A DNA stretch of 64,000 nucleotides from Phoronis australis. Taxonomy: Eukaryota > Animalia > Phoronida. The stretch covers positions 766,737 to 830,736 of the forward strand of contig NMRA01000149.1 of the NCBI GenBank assembly GCA_002633005.1. The letters run 5' to 3'. The notes under the pieces are model-generated. The model was not told the DNA's origin, did no database searches, and saw nothing but the letters and a program-made list of their open reading frames with translations. Shown piece after piece: positions 48,540 to 62,766 of the stretch. The position numbers and the translations under genes were made by a program. Every line of letters starts with the position of its first letter. The first letter of the stretch is position 1.

Positions 48540-48634
48540 GTTTTCACAAAAAGACCGCAAGGTGCAAATGTCTCCAAGTGCCGTAAGCCCCATGTCTTTT
48601 AGTTGACTGTCGTTTAAAAGACTTTGGCATCAAT
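48540..48634 (-). pseudogene. Decayed SAM-like domain exon
   Basis: tttcag acceptor then IDAKVF / LNDSQLKDMGLTALGDICTLRSFC across a frameshift. Confidence 0.4.
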
Positions 48635-49119
48635 CTGAAATAAATATATAGAGAGATATTCACTTGAAACGAGTTTTCTGTACTTCTAATTTAGTGCACT
48701 CAGGAATTAGGAAAAAACTTGCATCATTGCCTACTTCGCCTGGATGATCAGCAAATTAGGTTAAATCCGCCTTCTGTCCAATGTTAACTTTTATAATTTA
48801 GACCATTTAACAAGAAACGTCGAGTTTCATCTCAGGCAATAACGAATTCTTTCTAGCTATTGAAATCCAGCTAAGTACGTGAAACACATAATTACCACAG
48901 AAGACATGATCAGCTATGTCATAAAGCTGTTTTTATATCAAGCGGAATCTTCCTTGGGCTGTTTTTATGAACAGATTACATGACATAGTCTTTTTATAGC
49001 CACTGTCGCATATAAACCACGGCACCACACCCTTTATTCACGACTGTTACTAGCACTGTTCTGTTCAAGGCAAACCATACATCGACACTATCGCTAAATT
49101 GGTTCCAGAAGCAATCGAT

Positions 49120-49260
49120 CTAACATGATGATCCATTAAGGAATTAGTATAGCCATTTCTTAAAAGTAATTCTTTCATGCGGTGGACTTCAACGTTAATA
49201 ACATTCCAAGCCAACAGTACTTGGTGCGCATTTGAGCGAATATTGTGGAAAATTATTAAT
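49120..49260 (-). mobile_element. Possible Penelope-like retroelement fragment
   Basis: WNVINVEVHRMKELLLRNGYTNSLMD resembles the post-RT 'L..NGYP' region. Confidence 0.35.
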
Positions 49261-49454
49261 CGTGAGCATTGTTGTGTGCTCAGCAGACTTAGTCTACATT
49301 AGGGCTGTTGCCAAAATTATTCTTATTTCTCAAATATATTACTTATGAAAGCAGTTGCTCTGTATCGTTGGCAAATTGTTCCCGTTGATGCAATTTTATG
49401 GAAGAACTGCCAATCAATTTCTGTCCCTAACAGTGGGTACATGGGTGAAGTTAC

Positions 49455-50790
49455 TGATGTCAATTCCTGGAAACATCTTTCATGTTGAGTTGCAGTGTGA
49501 TTGACACATCGTGGTTTGGTCTTCAATTCACAAACCAAACGCCTTTGTTTCACGCGTCTCTGTGAAGTGGCCAATTCTATCCAAACATGTGTCATCTGGG
49601 ATGCTTTTTAGAGCTGGATGCTGCACTGATCTTGGACGACCTAGAGTTGTGGCCTGCTCTACCCTTAACCACAGGTATCCTCAGCTTCTGATCGTCACCA
49701 ATACAGTGTCGGTTCGAGGTCAAGAACTTTACGGAAATTACCTATGAATTACGGATGGACGGTGTTGTCGACATCGTGACTTTACGCGCCGACAAACCGG
49801 CAATTTCCGTACCGTCCTTGACCTCGAACCGACAGTTAGAAGTATGTTTGGGGTTTTTGGGAACATTTTTGTGCTTTGACAGCGAATTTCTTGGGAACTC
49901 GCTTGAGCAGGACACCGTAAATGGTATTATAAGAAAGAACAATTTCTCATGGTTTGTTGAACCCCTGTTTTGTGTAAATTTATTGAGTGTTTGATATGGA
50001 CGGATGAATCGAAGCACCCGTGGAATTTCTAGACCCGAGTGTCATACCTTGTAGTATTATGTAGTGTATTGGGAACGCGATCAGAAGCTGAGGACGGCTG
50101 TGCCCTTAACAAGTAAACACTGACCTTTTATCGTCATTTGTCGAGGAGGTCCACAGGCTTGTGATTGTCAGTTGGAGGTGCCATGTACATGTGTCATGCC
50201 TGTTGCTCACAGATGTCAATACAGTGCGCAAAAGTGGATCGCCACCACTTCTTCGATTGGATACACGTACCAGGCACATGTTTGAGTGGATACCAATCCT
50301 GTATTTATCCACATTCTGACACATGTGGTCCACACTTATCAGACACATGCCGTCCACACTTTCCAGACACGCCCGGTTCACTCTTACCAGGCACATGAGG
50401 TCCACACGTACCAGAAATATGTTTGATTGGATACCAGTCTTGCCTTTATCTACATTCTTACACATGCGGTCCACACTAACCATTGTTTGGTTGTAATGTT
50501 TGAGGAGGAAAGGCTGGTCTATCATCTTTCCACGACCACCTTTTGACTTTTTGTAACTGGGCAATTCCATTGACATTCGTAACTACGTTTACTATTGTGG
50601 TGTAATTCTAGCGGATGGTGAACAGTTTCTTGGTTGTATCATAGGAGTAGCCGTGTGTCCCACGAAGAGATTTTTGCGGGTATTAAAGGACCATCTCTGA
50701 CACGGTTTGAGTGTATGTTACCTCTACGTGCAATGTCCTGTCTTGACAGCTCATCAACGAAGCCCTGTGAAGTAAAAGTGCTATGGCTGT
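49455..50790 (-). mobile_element. piggyBac (PGBD3-like) transposase relic
   Basis: QPFLLKHYNQTM..VDRM..NVDKYRIGI, out-of-frame SKKWW, and C-terminal DRIGHF..KQRR..C..C..H..CF. Confidence 0.75.
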
Positions 50791-52664
50791 AGTTCTGAGA
50801 CGAGGTCCAGAACTACTCTATCTACTACTCCACATTCTGAACGCTGGCCTTGCCACCCCGTTGTTGTCGTTTCTTTCCTTGGTTTGTTTTAAATTTTACC
50901 ACGTAGTGAGGTGCCCAAATTGTGAAGCAAACAAAAACCCAAAGTGCTTGGTCACAAATTTACAGGTTTGATATATTTGTTAACTGGGAGGTTCTCGTTC
51001 ACGTCAACCATTATGAGTGTTTCCTGCAAGATTTTGAAAAAATGCACATTCCGATTTCTTGTGATTCGTCACTTATCGTCTGCTCAAATCGAAGCAATCT
51101 TAATGCACTTTATTTATTTTGGCTGTGCCCGAAATCTTAAGAACTGAAGTTCGGAATACCTTCGATAAAATTTTAGAAATTGGATAAAATGATAGTTAAA
51201 CACAGTATTTAAAAAAACAAACTTCAGGAATACTTATAAAAAACGTGTATTGAGGTTTTTTTTGTTATATCTGTGGGGTTTTTGTTCGCGCTCCTGTCAA
51301 CGATATCCAACTTTCTCCTGTTTTTTACGCCATCCATGCGGTAACTGTGCGGAAACAGTGAGCAAATACCGTACATGAATGACCGTAGATTGATGACACG
51401 CAACCAGGTGTGGAAGGTCTTACTTTAACTTGCCAGCAGTTTTAACTTTGTACATCATGCAGTCGACACCGATTTACAGGCAGCTCGCCTATCGATCTTA
51501 AAGTTTTAGCTCATAGATGTCTATGTTTTAGCTATTTTACTTGTGAGTGTGCGTGTATGTGCTTTGGAAACTTCGAAAGATGTGCCAAAGAACATTTGAC
51601 GTCCTTCTTGTTTCTACTCCATATTAAATGAATCATCGTTTGTTGACGTAGTTCGCAACAAGAGCGGGGAAATTCCTGCTTGTACATAGATAAGTGTGTT
51701 GCCTCATCTAAGTGTAGCTGGGTGACAGCTTTGGGACGTCTGACCTGTTTTCATGAGCACTTGCACTCAATTATTACGAAACTCTCTTCTAACATTGTCT
51801 GTGTTTGTTTGTGAAATGCAGTTTGCCTATATGCATGAATAAAATGATTAAAAATTGATGACTTATTTTGTCGTTTAGCTCCAGTCATTTAACAGTTTGT
51901 GCAAGAAGTTCAGCTTACCTTTTTCTATCTGGTTTTATTTTTTGTGTTTAATTTTTTCTTCCATGACATGGAACATAAACTTTTGGTTCGTTGGCATACA
52001 TGTATAGCAACAGAGTGTCCATGATCGACACCCTTACGATTTGTTTTGTATATGTATATGTATATGTATCTGTTACACTAATTCCGTTCGGACGTGTACA
52101 GCCTGATGATAGACTAGTGCCGTACCAGAGACCACACGGCTTATGGTTGAATATAAAAATGACGTCGAGTAGCTTAGCAACAAACGCAGCCCTCTCAACA
52201 ATTAAAAGCTACATACTGGTCCCCTCGTCACTATAATTCTTTTATGCTTTTAACAGCAACACATTTTTAATGTCACTTTCCGATTATCAACTCGCGGGAC
52301 TTTACAAATAAAGAAGTCAATATAGTCAAGAACTGCTGCATTTTCAGTTTGTACATACCGGTCTGGGCGCTGGGAGCTGGAATAAAAGTAAGGTTGCTTT
52401 AATGCGCGGGCACGAACGATCTTTCGCCAGGTAAAAACTACATCCCTTTGCTGAGATGCGCTGTAAGTGTCGTGACGCTATGAATTTATTGTGTGGATGC
52501 CTCTGTGCATACCTGAGAAAATCTTCAGAGTGTAAACGGCAATCGCGGGGTGTCGATTGTTTCCACTGGCTAGAGAATGGCACGCTTGCCAAGCAGCAAA
52601 TTTTGTGCCAGAATAGCGTTGAGTGGACTAACCAAATTACATAATAGGTTCTAGTCCTTCAGTA

Positions 52665-53010
52665 GGCGCGCATACGTCCGGCGTCCGCTGTACTTGTATG
52701 ACCAAAACACCTGAAATTTTGTAGACTATGCTTCTATCATGGATAGAACGGCATAAGCGAGTACTTAGTGCCTCGTGGTGGCAATTTTGGTTTTTTAGGT
52801 TTCCCTCTGTATTTTCGGAGTTAATGAACGGATTTTCATAAAAAATTGTCAAATAGGTTCAGTTAGTGAGATGACGTCACTTTTCGGACGTATTTTGCGC
52901 CGCCCAGTAGCCATTTTTACTGGTTTCAAGTCTGTTTTTGGAATTCCTTTACCAACCAAACCACTCTAAGGATGAGTATGAAGGTTAGCTTATATGATCT
53001 GACTATATGA
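52665..53010 (+). mobile_element. Degenerate fragment of the Helentron/DINE-like family
   Basis: Shares gtccggcgtccgctg, gtggcaatttt, gaacggattttcat, gtgagatgacg, accaaacc with the 6751 and 29033 copies. Confidence 0.7.
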
Positions 53011-53574
53011 TTACTATACTAAAGATAACTTCGGTTTTATCATTCACGGAGAGCATCGTACGAGCAATCCATTCTTCAATATCACCTATCTAAGCTCATG
53101 ACATCTAGTTGATTGCATGGTTTCAAAATTATATAACTACAGTGATATCGACATGATTAGTGTCATTCTTCATCAGATATGCTTTCTCTTGTTTATTTAC
53201 GTCCGTCTATCGAGAGCACGTCGGTTACGCTACAATAACAAAGAACACATTTTGCGAGTCTCGCGTGATCGTATATCGTTGCCGCGACCTCCACAGATAA
53301 CTTCAAGTTGACAAAGCTTCGCTTTGACTGTTTCCCACTACACCGAAGTTTTGGCGAGTACCGAAGCTTCGCTTGTAAATCCCAGTATTTAAGCGAAGTT
53401 ACCGTAAAAGCGAAGTTTCGCCTCTAACAGACTATAGACTAGAACCCGTTGCGACCTGGGATATAGGTAAGAACCACACCAAGATGGACAGGCTGCCAAG
53501 ATTCCAAACCTGTTTTCCAGAATATCCAGTATGATTTTGTGATTACCTTGTCGAAGAGTAATAGTTGCCATTAA

Positions 53575-55098
53575 AGGAGAATGCCACCCGATTTAATTAG
53601 TCTTTTTTGCCGTCTTAATCGGTCTATATCCACATCGCCTCGCATACGGTCGACCTTACCTTGCCAAGAGGTGTCGCGTTAACCTGTGAGGAAGGTGAGA
53701 AACGACGCTAGCGACGTCAGTGGTTCATATGCAGAGTGAATGCCGCTATGTTGCGGTGCATCGTTCCCGCTTGTCCGAACTAAGCAGCTGCGAGGAAAGC
53801 GGGGATATCGTTTATTTTTGCTATCTCGAGATTCCGAAATGCATAGGAAGTGGCTCATGGTAGTGAAGAATGAAATATACGCTGTAAATAGCAAGTATGA
53901 GGCCGTGAAACATCTCCGTGTCTGTGGCCGGCTGCAGACGTAGACAGTGCCTGACGAATGCCGGCTTACCAAATAACTCCATACGTTCCGTTGTCTGAGC
54001 TTCCATCACTGTATTCCTGTTCGAATTGATAGCCTGTAAAACTTAACTATCCTCCTGCGAAGTCGTCCTAAGTCGGGATTGCGAGTTGCCATGTTGGCGT
54101 TTATATGAGCGTTCTGTTTAAAACTGAATATTATTCTCACCCTAACCAATATTTATATAAAACTGAAACAAAGTCTGTCTCATTAGATGCAATTTGTAAT
54201 GCCTTTGGAGTGTTCGTGAGTGCAAATGATTTGAGAAGCCAGCAATGAATAAATCACTGCGTTACCGGCTTTAGGTGCTGACGGGACACCTAAGCCGTGT
54301 GAAATCATGCTAATTTAGTGTTAGCTGGCAGAAACTGTTGTGAAACAACTCGATTTCCATCCCACGGCCAGGTGTTAGGGGAATCTTTATTTACATTTAC
54401 GTTACTCAAATAATGATTGCCAATGTAAAACTTCTGCCCTGACGGCGCTGTGGCCAAAGCGGAACCTGAATTCGCGGTCCCCGATGAGTAAGTAGATTTG
54501 CAGTTTCGTGGCTAATTCTCCAGTATAGTCAGGTGCACATTACTTTGGCTCACTAGTATAGTATTTTCTTGACTGAACTTTGGCTGGTTTATGTTCGTGA
54601 TGTCTGGTCAGTTTCCGAGCCACTTGCGGGGATAACGAGTCAATCCGGCCGGCCACGACGGGCCTGATCGGGCTCCGAGCCACTGGCCAGGCTAACAAGC
54701 GTTTTGTGTTTAGAACTCAAAAAATCACAAGTCTAAACAACACAGATCTAGGTTCTCCTGTTACTTTGTAGGCTATGGTGTGTCCAAATACCAATAAATC
54801 CGTAAGAGCGAAATAAAACAACACGTTTTTATAAGATCTCGGTGAATTTTTAAGGGTTTTACATCAAAGTTTGATGATTTATTGGTGTTAAGCGATGACT
54901 TCAAGCGATAAGCTGACACCAGTAACCCGTGTTGTGAACTGCTGAACGGACTGCGTGTGAAACCGATGACGTCATTGGATAATTTCAACACCGTCTGCCG
55001 TCGGGTGTCAGGTAACGCAACCGTACGTGTCGTTATGGAGTAGAACTACTCGATCCAAATTGACACAAATTAGGTTGTTTTTTGGGTGACATGCTCCT
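53575..55098 (+). mobile_element. Non-autonomous Kolobok-type DNA transposon with THAP remnant
   Basis: TTAA on both sides; TIRs AGGAGAATGCCACCC / rc AGGAGCATGTCACCC; ORF 53740-53943 is THAP-like (CC...LF...D.EMHRKW...RVCG). Confidence 0.72.
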
Positions 55099-58000
55099 TT
55101 AAGGTTAAACTTTGGGAATCGGTTGCCGAAATTAGTCTGTGCCTTAACCAGTGCCGTTTTAGTATAATTGTGAAAACTGCGATGGGTCGACTGACAGTCA
55201 TGCAACAAGCAATTTTCACTAATATGATTGTGAGAAAGCAATTCTTTGACAGTTTGGATATGAAAGGAAGGTTTGATACGGGTCTATAATTTTGGTCAAC
55301 CTATCTCCAATCAAACTATCAATCGTTAAATAGTCAAAAATGACTATGACGTCGCTGGTAGTTCGATACACATTTTTGCGAAGTCGATTCTTTTTAGAAG
55401 GAATGCGATTATCATCGGTTCGATTCTTGTTTCTGAAACTTAACCCCTTTTTTCCAAATATAAGTAGTTATTTTAATAATGAACTTCAGCATAATAAAAA
55501 ACAATCCTGATCTGTTCATATGTTGAATTCATTAATACTTTTCAGACAGTACAAATAAGTCGATGAAAGTTTCATAGCTTACGAAACCCCATGTTTATCT
55601 AACTGAAACGAAAGTAAAAAGTGAAAAAATAACTAAGCATTTATAATAAATTTTTTGATTACCATGTTTATTATTACAAATACATGACTTCTACTGAAAG
55701 CTACCGCAACTGAAAGCTTTTTTGTTTACGAAGTAATGAATGGCATGGGCGACTTGTTTAAGCCAAGTGTCGAGGCCTAGGGTCATTTTATCCATGCTGG
55801 ATTAGGCATGATAATCGCAGAGATGAGTTAGTGACCCCAAATTTCAGATTTCAATCCCATTAAGCATCCGTGGAAGTTGGACATGGCGCGTCTTTGATAG
55901 CCTATCGATCGCTTCAGCNNNNNNNNNNNNNNNNNNNNNNNNNNNNNNNNNNNNNNNNNNNNNNNNNNNNNNNNNNNNNNNNNNNNNNNNNCCGAACTTT
56001 GTAGGCTACGGTGTGTCCAAATACCAATAAATCCGTAAGAGCGAAATAAAACAACACGTTTTTATAAGAACTCGGTGTATTTTTAAGGGTTTTACATCGA
56101 AGTTTGATGATTTATTGGTGTTAAGCGATGACTATAAGCGATAAGCTGACACCAGTAACCCGTGTTGTGAACTGCTGAACGGACTGCGTGTGAAACCGAT
56201 GACGTCATTGGATTATTTCAACACCGTCTGCCGTCGGGTGTCAGGTAACGCAACCGTACGTGTCGTTATGGAGTAGAACTACTCGATCTAAATTGATACA
56301 AATTAGGTTGTTTTTTGGGTGGCATGCTCCTTTAAGGTTAAACTTTGGGAATCGGTTGCCGAAATTAGTCTGTGCCTTACCCAGTGCCGTTTTAGTATTG
56401 TGAAAACTACTATGGGTCGACTGACAGTCAAGCAACAAGCAATTTTCATTAATATGATTGCGAGAAAGCAATTCTTTGACAGTCTGGATATGAAAGGAAG
56501 GTTTGATACAGGTCTATAATTTTGGTCAACCTATCTCCAATCAAACTATCAATCGTTAAATAGTCAAAAATGACTATGACGTCGCGGGTAGTTCGATACA
56601 CATTTTTGCGAAGTCGATTCTTTTTAGAAGGAATGCGATTATCATCGGTTCGATTCTTGTTTCTGAAAGTTAACCCCTTTTTTCCAAATATAAGTAGTTA
56701 TTTTAATAATGAACTTCAGCATAATAAAAAACAATCCTGACCTGTTCATATGTTGAATTCATTAATACTTTTCAGACAGTACAAATAAGTCGATGAAAGT
56801 TTCATAGCTTATGAAACCCCATGTTTATCTAAGTGAAACGAAAGTAAAAAGTGAAAAAATAACTAAGCATTTATAATAAATTTTTTGATTACCATGTTTA
56901 TTGTTACAAATACATGACTTCTACTGAAAGCTACCGCAACTGAAAGCTTTTTTGTTTACGAAGTAATGAATGGCATGGGCGACTTGTTTAAGCCAAGTGC
57001 CGAGGCCTAGGGTCATTTTATCCATGCTGGATTAGGCATGATAATCGCAGAGATGAGTTAGTGACCCCAAATTTCAGATTTCAATCCCATTAAGCATGCG
57101 TGGAAGTTGGACAGGGCGCGTCTTTGATAGACTATCGATCGCTCCAGCATCGCGATTCGATTAATTGTCGGTGTGAGTGGTCCATTTTCGAGCCTACGAA
57201 ACGTCCTCGTACAGCGAAGCTTTACCACTTCGGTTTGTCGGGTATAGTTTGATATACTCTCGCTCTTCCCTACGACCTGCAGTCCATGGCACTTCGTAGC
57301 TGTCTTCTCGTATTTTCTCATAGAACACTGTCGCAACCATTCGTGGAGCATCTTTTACAAGAAAATAGTAACCAGTTAAAGTATCAGACGCTTAATATGT
57401 GAAAATAACATCTAACGAACACATATATTATCAATATTGTTGCATCTGATTTCCCTATATGAATCTGTACATATTTTTGTTTTTATATATCTGTAATAGC
57501 ATATCTAAGTATTGGAATACTTATTTTAGATACTACTTAATTGTATATACCTCTATGTATATAAATTTCATTTATGAATTGTTTACAACCCAGATATAAT
57601 GCTTTGCGGTTTCTGGGTTTGTTATTATTTCTTTGTATGTTCTGTGTATCCTTCAATAAATATATATGACTTAAAAAAAAACAAAAAACGAACACATATA
57701 TAGAAAAGATATACCGCCATCTCGTGTTAGTAGCGTGCTTTCTGTGTGTACGGGGCTACCTGGAGCGCTTTCGTGATTGCGCCGTTAGTCACTAGGCGGC
57801 CGCTTGTCTACTTTGTGGTGTCGAGAGAAATTTCGCACGCCGGAGATACCCAATGCCAACTGGTGTTTAAAATGGTTCGCTGTACAACGGTAAATGGAGT
57901 GCTGCAGCTGCTGCCGCCGCCGCTGCTGCTGAGATCGAGGACTGTGGTAGTCACGACACTGAACAGCTGCAGTCCCTAGCAAACGCTACGGCGGTAAAAG

Positions 58001-59185
58001 CAATGCACTTGAGTATAAACCTATTGCAACACGAGATATTCTTTTAATTTTCATAGCATATAAAAGCGAATGGTCACCTACCTAAGTTACTTGAACGTTC
58101 AGCAGCAGTCTGAAATCATGAATATTTGGTGTCATTGAATTAAGTTTCGTTACATATTGTTAAGGACCAATATAACAAAATGGGTTTCAGTAAAACTAAG
58201 AATTAACGTGAATNGCAGTTTGCAACAAGGACTTTAAGTATAAGCCTATTGCAACACGAGATATTCTTTTTAATTTTCATAGCATATAAAAGCGAATGGC
58301 CACCTACCGAAGTTACTTGAACGTTCAGCAGCAGTCTGAAATCATGAATATTTGGTGTCATTTAATTAAGTTTCGTTACATATTGTTAAGGACCAAAGTA
58401 ACAAAATGGGTTTCAGTAAAACTAAGAATTAACGTGAATGTGAAATAAATAATTGGTGCTCATTTCGCTGTTCGTATACTAAGATACTCAACGTGTCCCG
58501 TTCTTTTGGTGTATGGCTGTTTTATCCACGAGTTTGCGGAAGAATGTTAAGACAATTTGCCAATGCAACTTATTTTACTTCTATGAGAAAATTGAATGTC
58601 GTTCAAAATAAGAAGGTATATCAATATTAAGCAACTGTAAAACGTTTTCATTACACTGAACCATATCTGCTATGAATCTATTCTTTCTGTGATTATCAAT
58701 CGAGCGCAGGATAGGAATTTTGAGTATTTTTACTTGTCAAAAGGAACGCGCGTGCTTGTAATAGAGTTCTATTATTGAGGAACATTTTTAGACAAAATAA
58801 TGGTTTTTATTTTATTCTGAAGCAAGGAGGAAAGATTGTGAAATCTAGTATAATAAAAATCTCGACATGTTGCTTAGTTAACGATACATGACAAGAAAAA
58901 CTATAGACGTAGAATACACACTAACGGAAATATGACACTGCCAATAATGGCATGTAGGCCTATATGATGCGATATTACGCTGAATCTCGTGTTCAAGTCA
59001 CTCTCCAAAATCTCTAATTGTAATTACTTTGAAAAAAATGGTGAACTCGGGTTTTTGTAAGTGAATAAACGAAATTTTTTTTTTAATTTCTCACAGTAGA
59101 TAATGATTAACCGTCAAAACTTCGCGAAGTATGAAAACTTGCAACCAGCTGTATATGAAATGTTTCGATTAGTATCTCACTTTAC

Positions 59186-60888
59186 CTCGTTGTTGGAATC
59201 GGCCAAAACTTCGCGACTAGCATCCCCCACGGTCAGCAATGATCGATCCCGTGCCTCGCTGTGCTCGCCCGTGCCGGCTTCGTTTGTCTTGGCATCCCTG
59301 CATGTATTATATACACATGAACATTTAGGCTTCCACTTGTTTATTTTCTGTCAAAAATTAACTTTAGAGTTCGGCCACCACAATGTAATAAAGTGGGGCA
59401 CAAACTGACGAGAAGGTTACCCCATCTTAGCGCTTGAATTAAAAGGGTATATCCGGTTCTTAAGGTCGAAACACACATTTTGGAAATTATTGTTTCACGA
59501 GCTAGAATTTGTGAAGTTATTAGCTTTGACCAGAGTTAAAATACAAAAAAACCGTTGCTCTTTGGGATTTCATTGCAAATCGCCAAACATTCGCTGAAAT
59601 CAAGGTCGTTGTCTACTCCTAAAATACTCCGCCATTTGATTAATCGTGCGGGTTGTAATTCGTCAGTTAGGGCTGCGACCATAGGTTAAACACTCCGACT
59701 AGGAGCAACGACCGCGGGGTTGCTGTTGCAGATTTTTGAAAGTTATTTTTCTTCCCGATAATGCCCCTTTAAGGAAAAATCGTTCACCTTTTGAAGAAAT
59801 TGTAATAGTTTGATCTTTAATGTATTTTTGTGACTTTTGTCAAAAAGGCTGGGAGACATTTGATTTAACCTGTAATATGGTCGCCATCTTGGATTTAAAT
59901 ATGACAGCCGGGATGTCAGTTTCCAGAGGTAGGTAAAAACCATGAATAATTGAAAACTTTCTGACGGTCACGTGCTGTGTTATAATTTGTAACATGTGTA
60001 ATATGACAGAAAAAATGTGTGTAGTCACACTGGAATTCAAGATGGCTTCCAAAATGTCCTAGTTGTGTAGAGCGCATCCTTTGCTTCACCAATGGCGTTA
60101 ATTCTCTATGATAATAGCCCACGTGTTTCGGCTTAGCATTAATAGAAGCCCAAGTTAGGGTCAGTTTAGATGTCCCACTGGTTTTTCAAAATTTTACAAG
60201 AGACGAAATTTCCTCACTTACTTCATAAAGTGAAAGATTCGCCTAAGATTTTTACCGTAGTTGACAAATCTACAACCTATACAGTACAAGGAACAACTTG
60301 AGATAAGTTTCAAAACGGTAAGTGCCCAAATGCTAGTTGTTTGATAAAAGGCGGGTAGATAGCACATTTAAAGGCGGGTGGATAGCAGATTTAAAACTGT
60401 GTGAACAGTCACGAGAGTCCACTGAATTTGCTTAAATTTGAGTACGACACACCTGGAACAAAACATGCTATTCAGAAATTGAAAACATGAACTAGTTACG
60501 ATTGAAGTACTGTTGGCCTACATTTCGCCTCTCCCCGAAGTTCAAAGCTGCTGGAAATCATATTCTGGGGTTAAAAACTTCAACTTTCTTCACAGACGTG
60601 TTTAAGGAACACCATCGCGTTCTCATACGTCCTTTGAATTGAAATCGGTCGCATTAAATCACCTGAAGACCATACTGTCATAGCGACTGAAGATCACTGA
60701 GATTGGAACTAAAGCATGGATGAAGGTAACAATATAGGCTACTTACGATTTTGCTTGCCTCTTTTTTACTTTTGTCGTAGTGGATCTTCTTACGAGAACA
60801 ATCGTAAGTGCAACTCCAAGAATGACGATAATCGCACTGAGTGTGATGGCCGAAATTTTAGCCACTGTGCATCCTGTCTGGTCTCCAC
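59186..60888 (-). CDS. Two exons (60888-60747 and 59297-59186) of a probable single-pass membrane protein gene
   Basis: Hydrophobic helix ISAITLSAIIVILGVALTIVLV followed by basic RRSTTTKVKKR; ag/gtaagt and cag/gtaaag boundaries; the phase-2 junction continues as DAKTNEAGTGEHSEARDRSLL... Confidence 0.55.
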
Positions 60889-62164
60889 CTACGTATTTCA
60901 TAAACATTAATGTTAAATAAAAGCATAGACTTACAGAGGGTGCGCGTCTATTTGTGCCGTTAACACTGCAAAAGTTGACACGCAACAGGTGACACTGTGC
61001 AACTAACAAGCGGGACTGACAAGGAACAAGCTGAAACCAGGATGTAAACTTTTATCCCCAGGCTTTGAGGTAGAGCAACTTGCGCCCAATCACTCACATT
61101 TACACGCTTGAGGTGTAACATTTTCGATGAAAAATTTTAGAATTATGTAACGATTTACTATAAATCGATGATTAAATTTACGAACAAATGTGTTAATTAA
61201 TATCAGTTAACTATTTTGAAAGTCACAAATATTTTAGAACAGGACTTGTTATTGTAAACAACTTGTGGTAAACTTGAGTATTGCGCAATTTCTTCAGAAA
61301 GGCTTTAGTTCAGCTAAGTTCTCAGTGTAGTTCTGACAAACAGGATATGATCATCAAAACATGTTTTGGAGTGGTCAGCTTTAGGTGGGTTGATTCTAAG
61401 AAACACCCACACCGATGTACTTATGCATTGACCAGTGTCCATGTCATGTTTAGTCATATCTTAGAGTATAAATATTTCTGGAGCAAACATAAGCGTCATT
61501 CTCAAAAGAAAAATTCAGGAGACGAGGAAGCTCAGTAACTTTGGAGAATCAAGTATTTTAGGCAGACCACCGAGTCTGTAGAGTTTCAAGAAGTGTATTC
61601 AGTCACTGACAAGGATCATACTAATACACAAAACAAGAATTGGATGTTCATGCGTGGATAAGATCAAAGGGAGCAATTTCTGTAAGTCTCATTAGAGTTT
61701 ATGAGCTATGAAATTTTCTAGGATATAATATGTTTTAAGATAAATGTTGTTTTGTAAATGTGATTTAAAGTTCATGTACCGATTCAGTTAGATTTGAGTA
61801 ATTTTGACTAGTTTCTTAGAGTGACCATTGTTAATAATTTAACTTAGATTCGGTTTTATATAATATTGTCATGCATTTAGAGTATTTTGTGCATTTTCAT
61901 AGATTTACAGTTCTCACACGGTTCTCACATGGATTCAAAGTTTTCACTGAGGTTCCAAGTGGAATTAGTAAATAAAATCATCCCGTCAAACTCGGAGTTT
62001 GATTTTGTCTGTCGAACGCAGAACATTACACGACTCAAGGATCACATGACACAGAGCATCTGTCAGAGCAGCCGATCAGGTGAAAGTATATGTAAACACG
62101 CCTAGCTCGGAGCAACCTGACACGCGGTGGCCACTTTTGTCACCATTTCGAGAGATAAAACAAG

Positions 62165-62766
62165 TTGCACTCAAGCGCTGCATTTGTTGCCCTAAACACA
62201 AAGTGGAGCAAGGCGACCCGATCTCTACTCAGCTCAGTGCATGAATGCGAGGTTAGGGGCGACCTCATGAGTGACCACTTACCGGTACACTTGAAACTAG
62301 ACAACGCCAGAGGCCGGCTCGACTCCCTCCCACAATCTTATAAGCGCTCATTTAAGAAAATGAATTGGCAACAATTTAAGTGGGATGTGGAGACTAACAT
62401 AGAATGTACGGAGAGCCCACTCCGTACTCCAGCCGATATTGATCATGCCTCTCAAGCGTTAAGCAATGCTATAAACAACGCATTGGATAAAAACTGTACC
62501 ACTGTGAAGATACGCTCATTCACATGACGGTGCTCAGCAGACACACTGATGCTTATCCGACTCAAACGCAAAATAGGCGCAAGACCCAGGTCTACCCTGA
62601 CAACCCGATGTACCGTAACATCTACTATGTACTGAAAAGACGCGTCGAGAACGCTGTCAAACAGGAGAAAAGGCAATCGTACATGAGAGTCTCTAAATGA
62701 GGAAAGGGGCAAAGGTTTTTGGCAGGCCTTTAAGAGGATTACAGGCACGGGCTCTCACAACCACTA
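62165..62766 (+). mobile_element. LINE fragment (end of APE endonuclease plus linker; Jockey/I-group-like), cut by a Gypsy insertion
   Basis: SDHLPV, FKKMNWQQF, IDHASQALSNAINNA, FWQAFKRI; stops present. Confidence 0.75.

Noticed and set aside
54764-57148. ~1.15-kb near-identical tandem duplication
   Set aside because: The copies are separated by an N gap (55919-55991) and differ by scattered SNPs and one 3-bp indel; typical of uncollapsed haplotype overlap at a scaffold join.
58010-58440. ~200-bp tandem duplication
   Set aside because: The junction coincides with a single n (58214); likely an assembly artefact.
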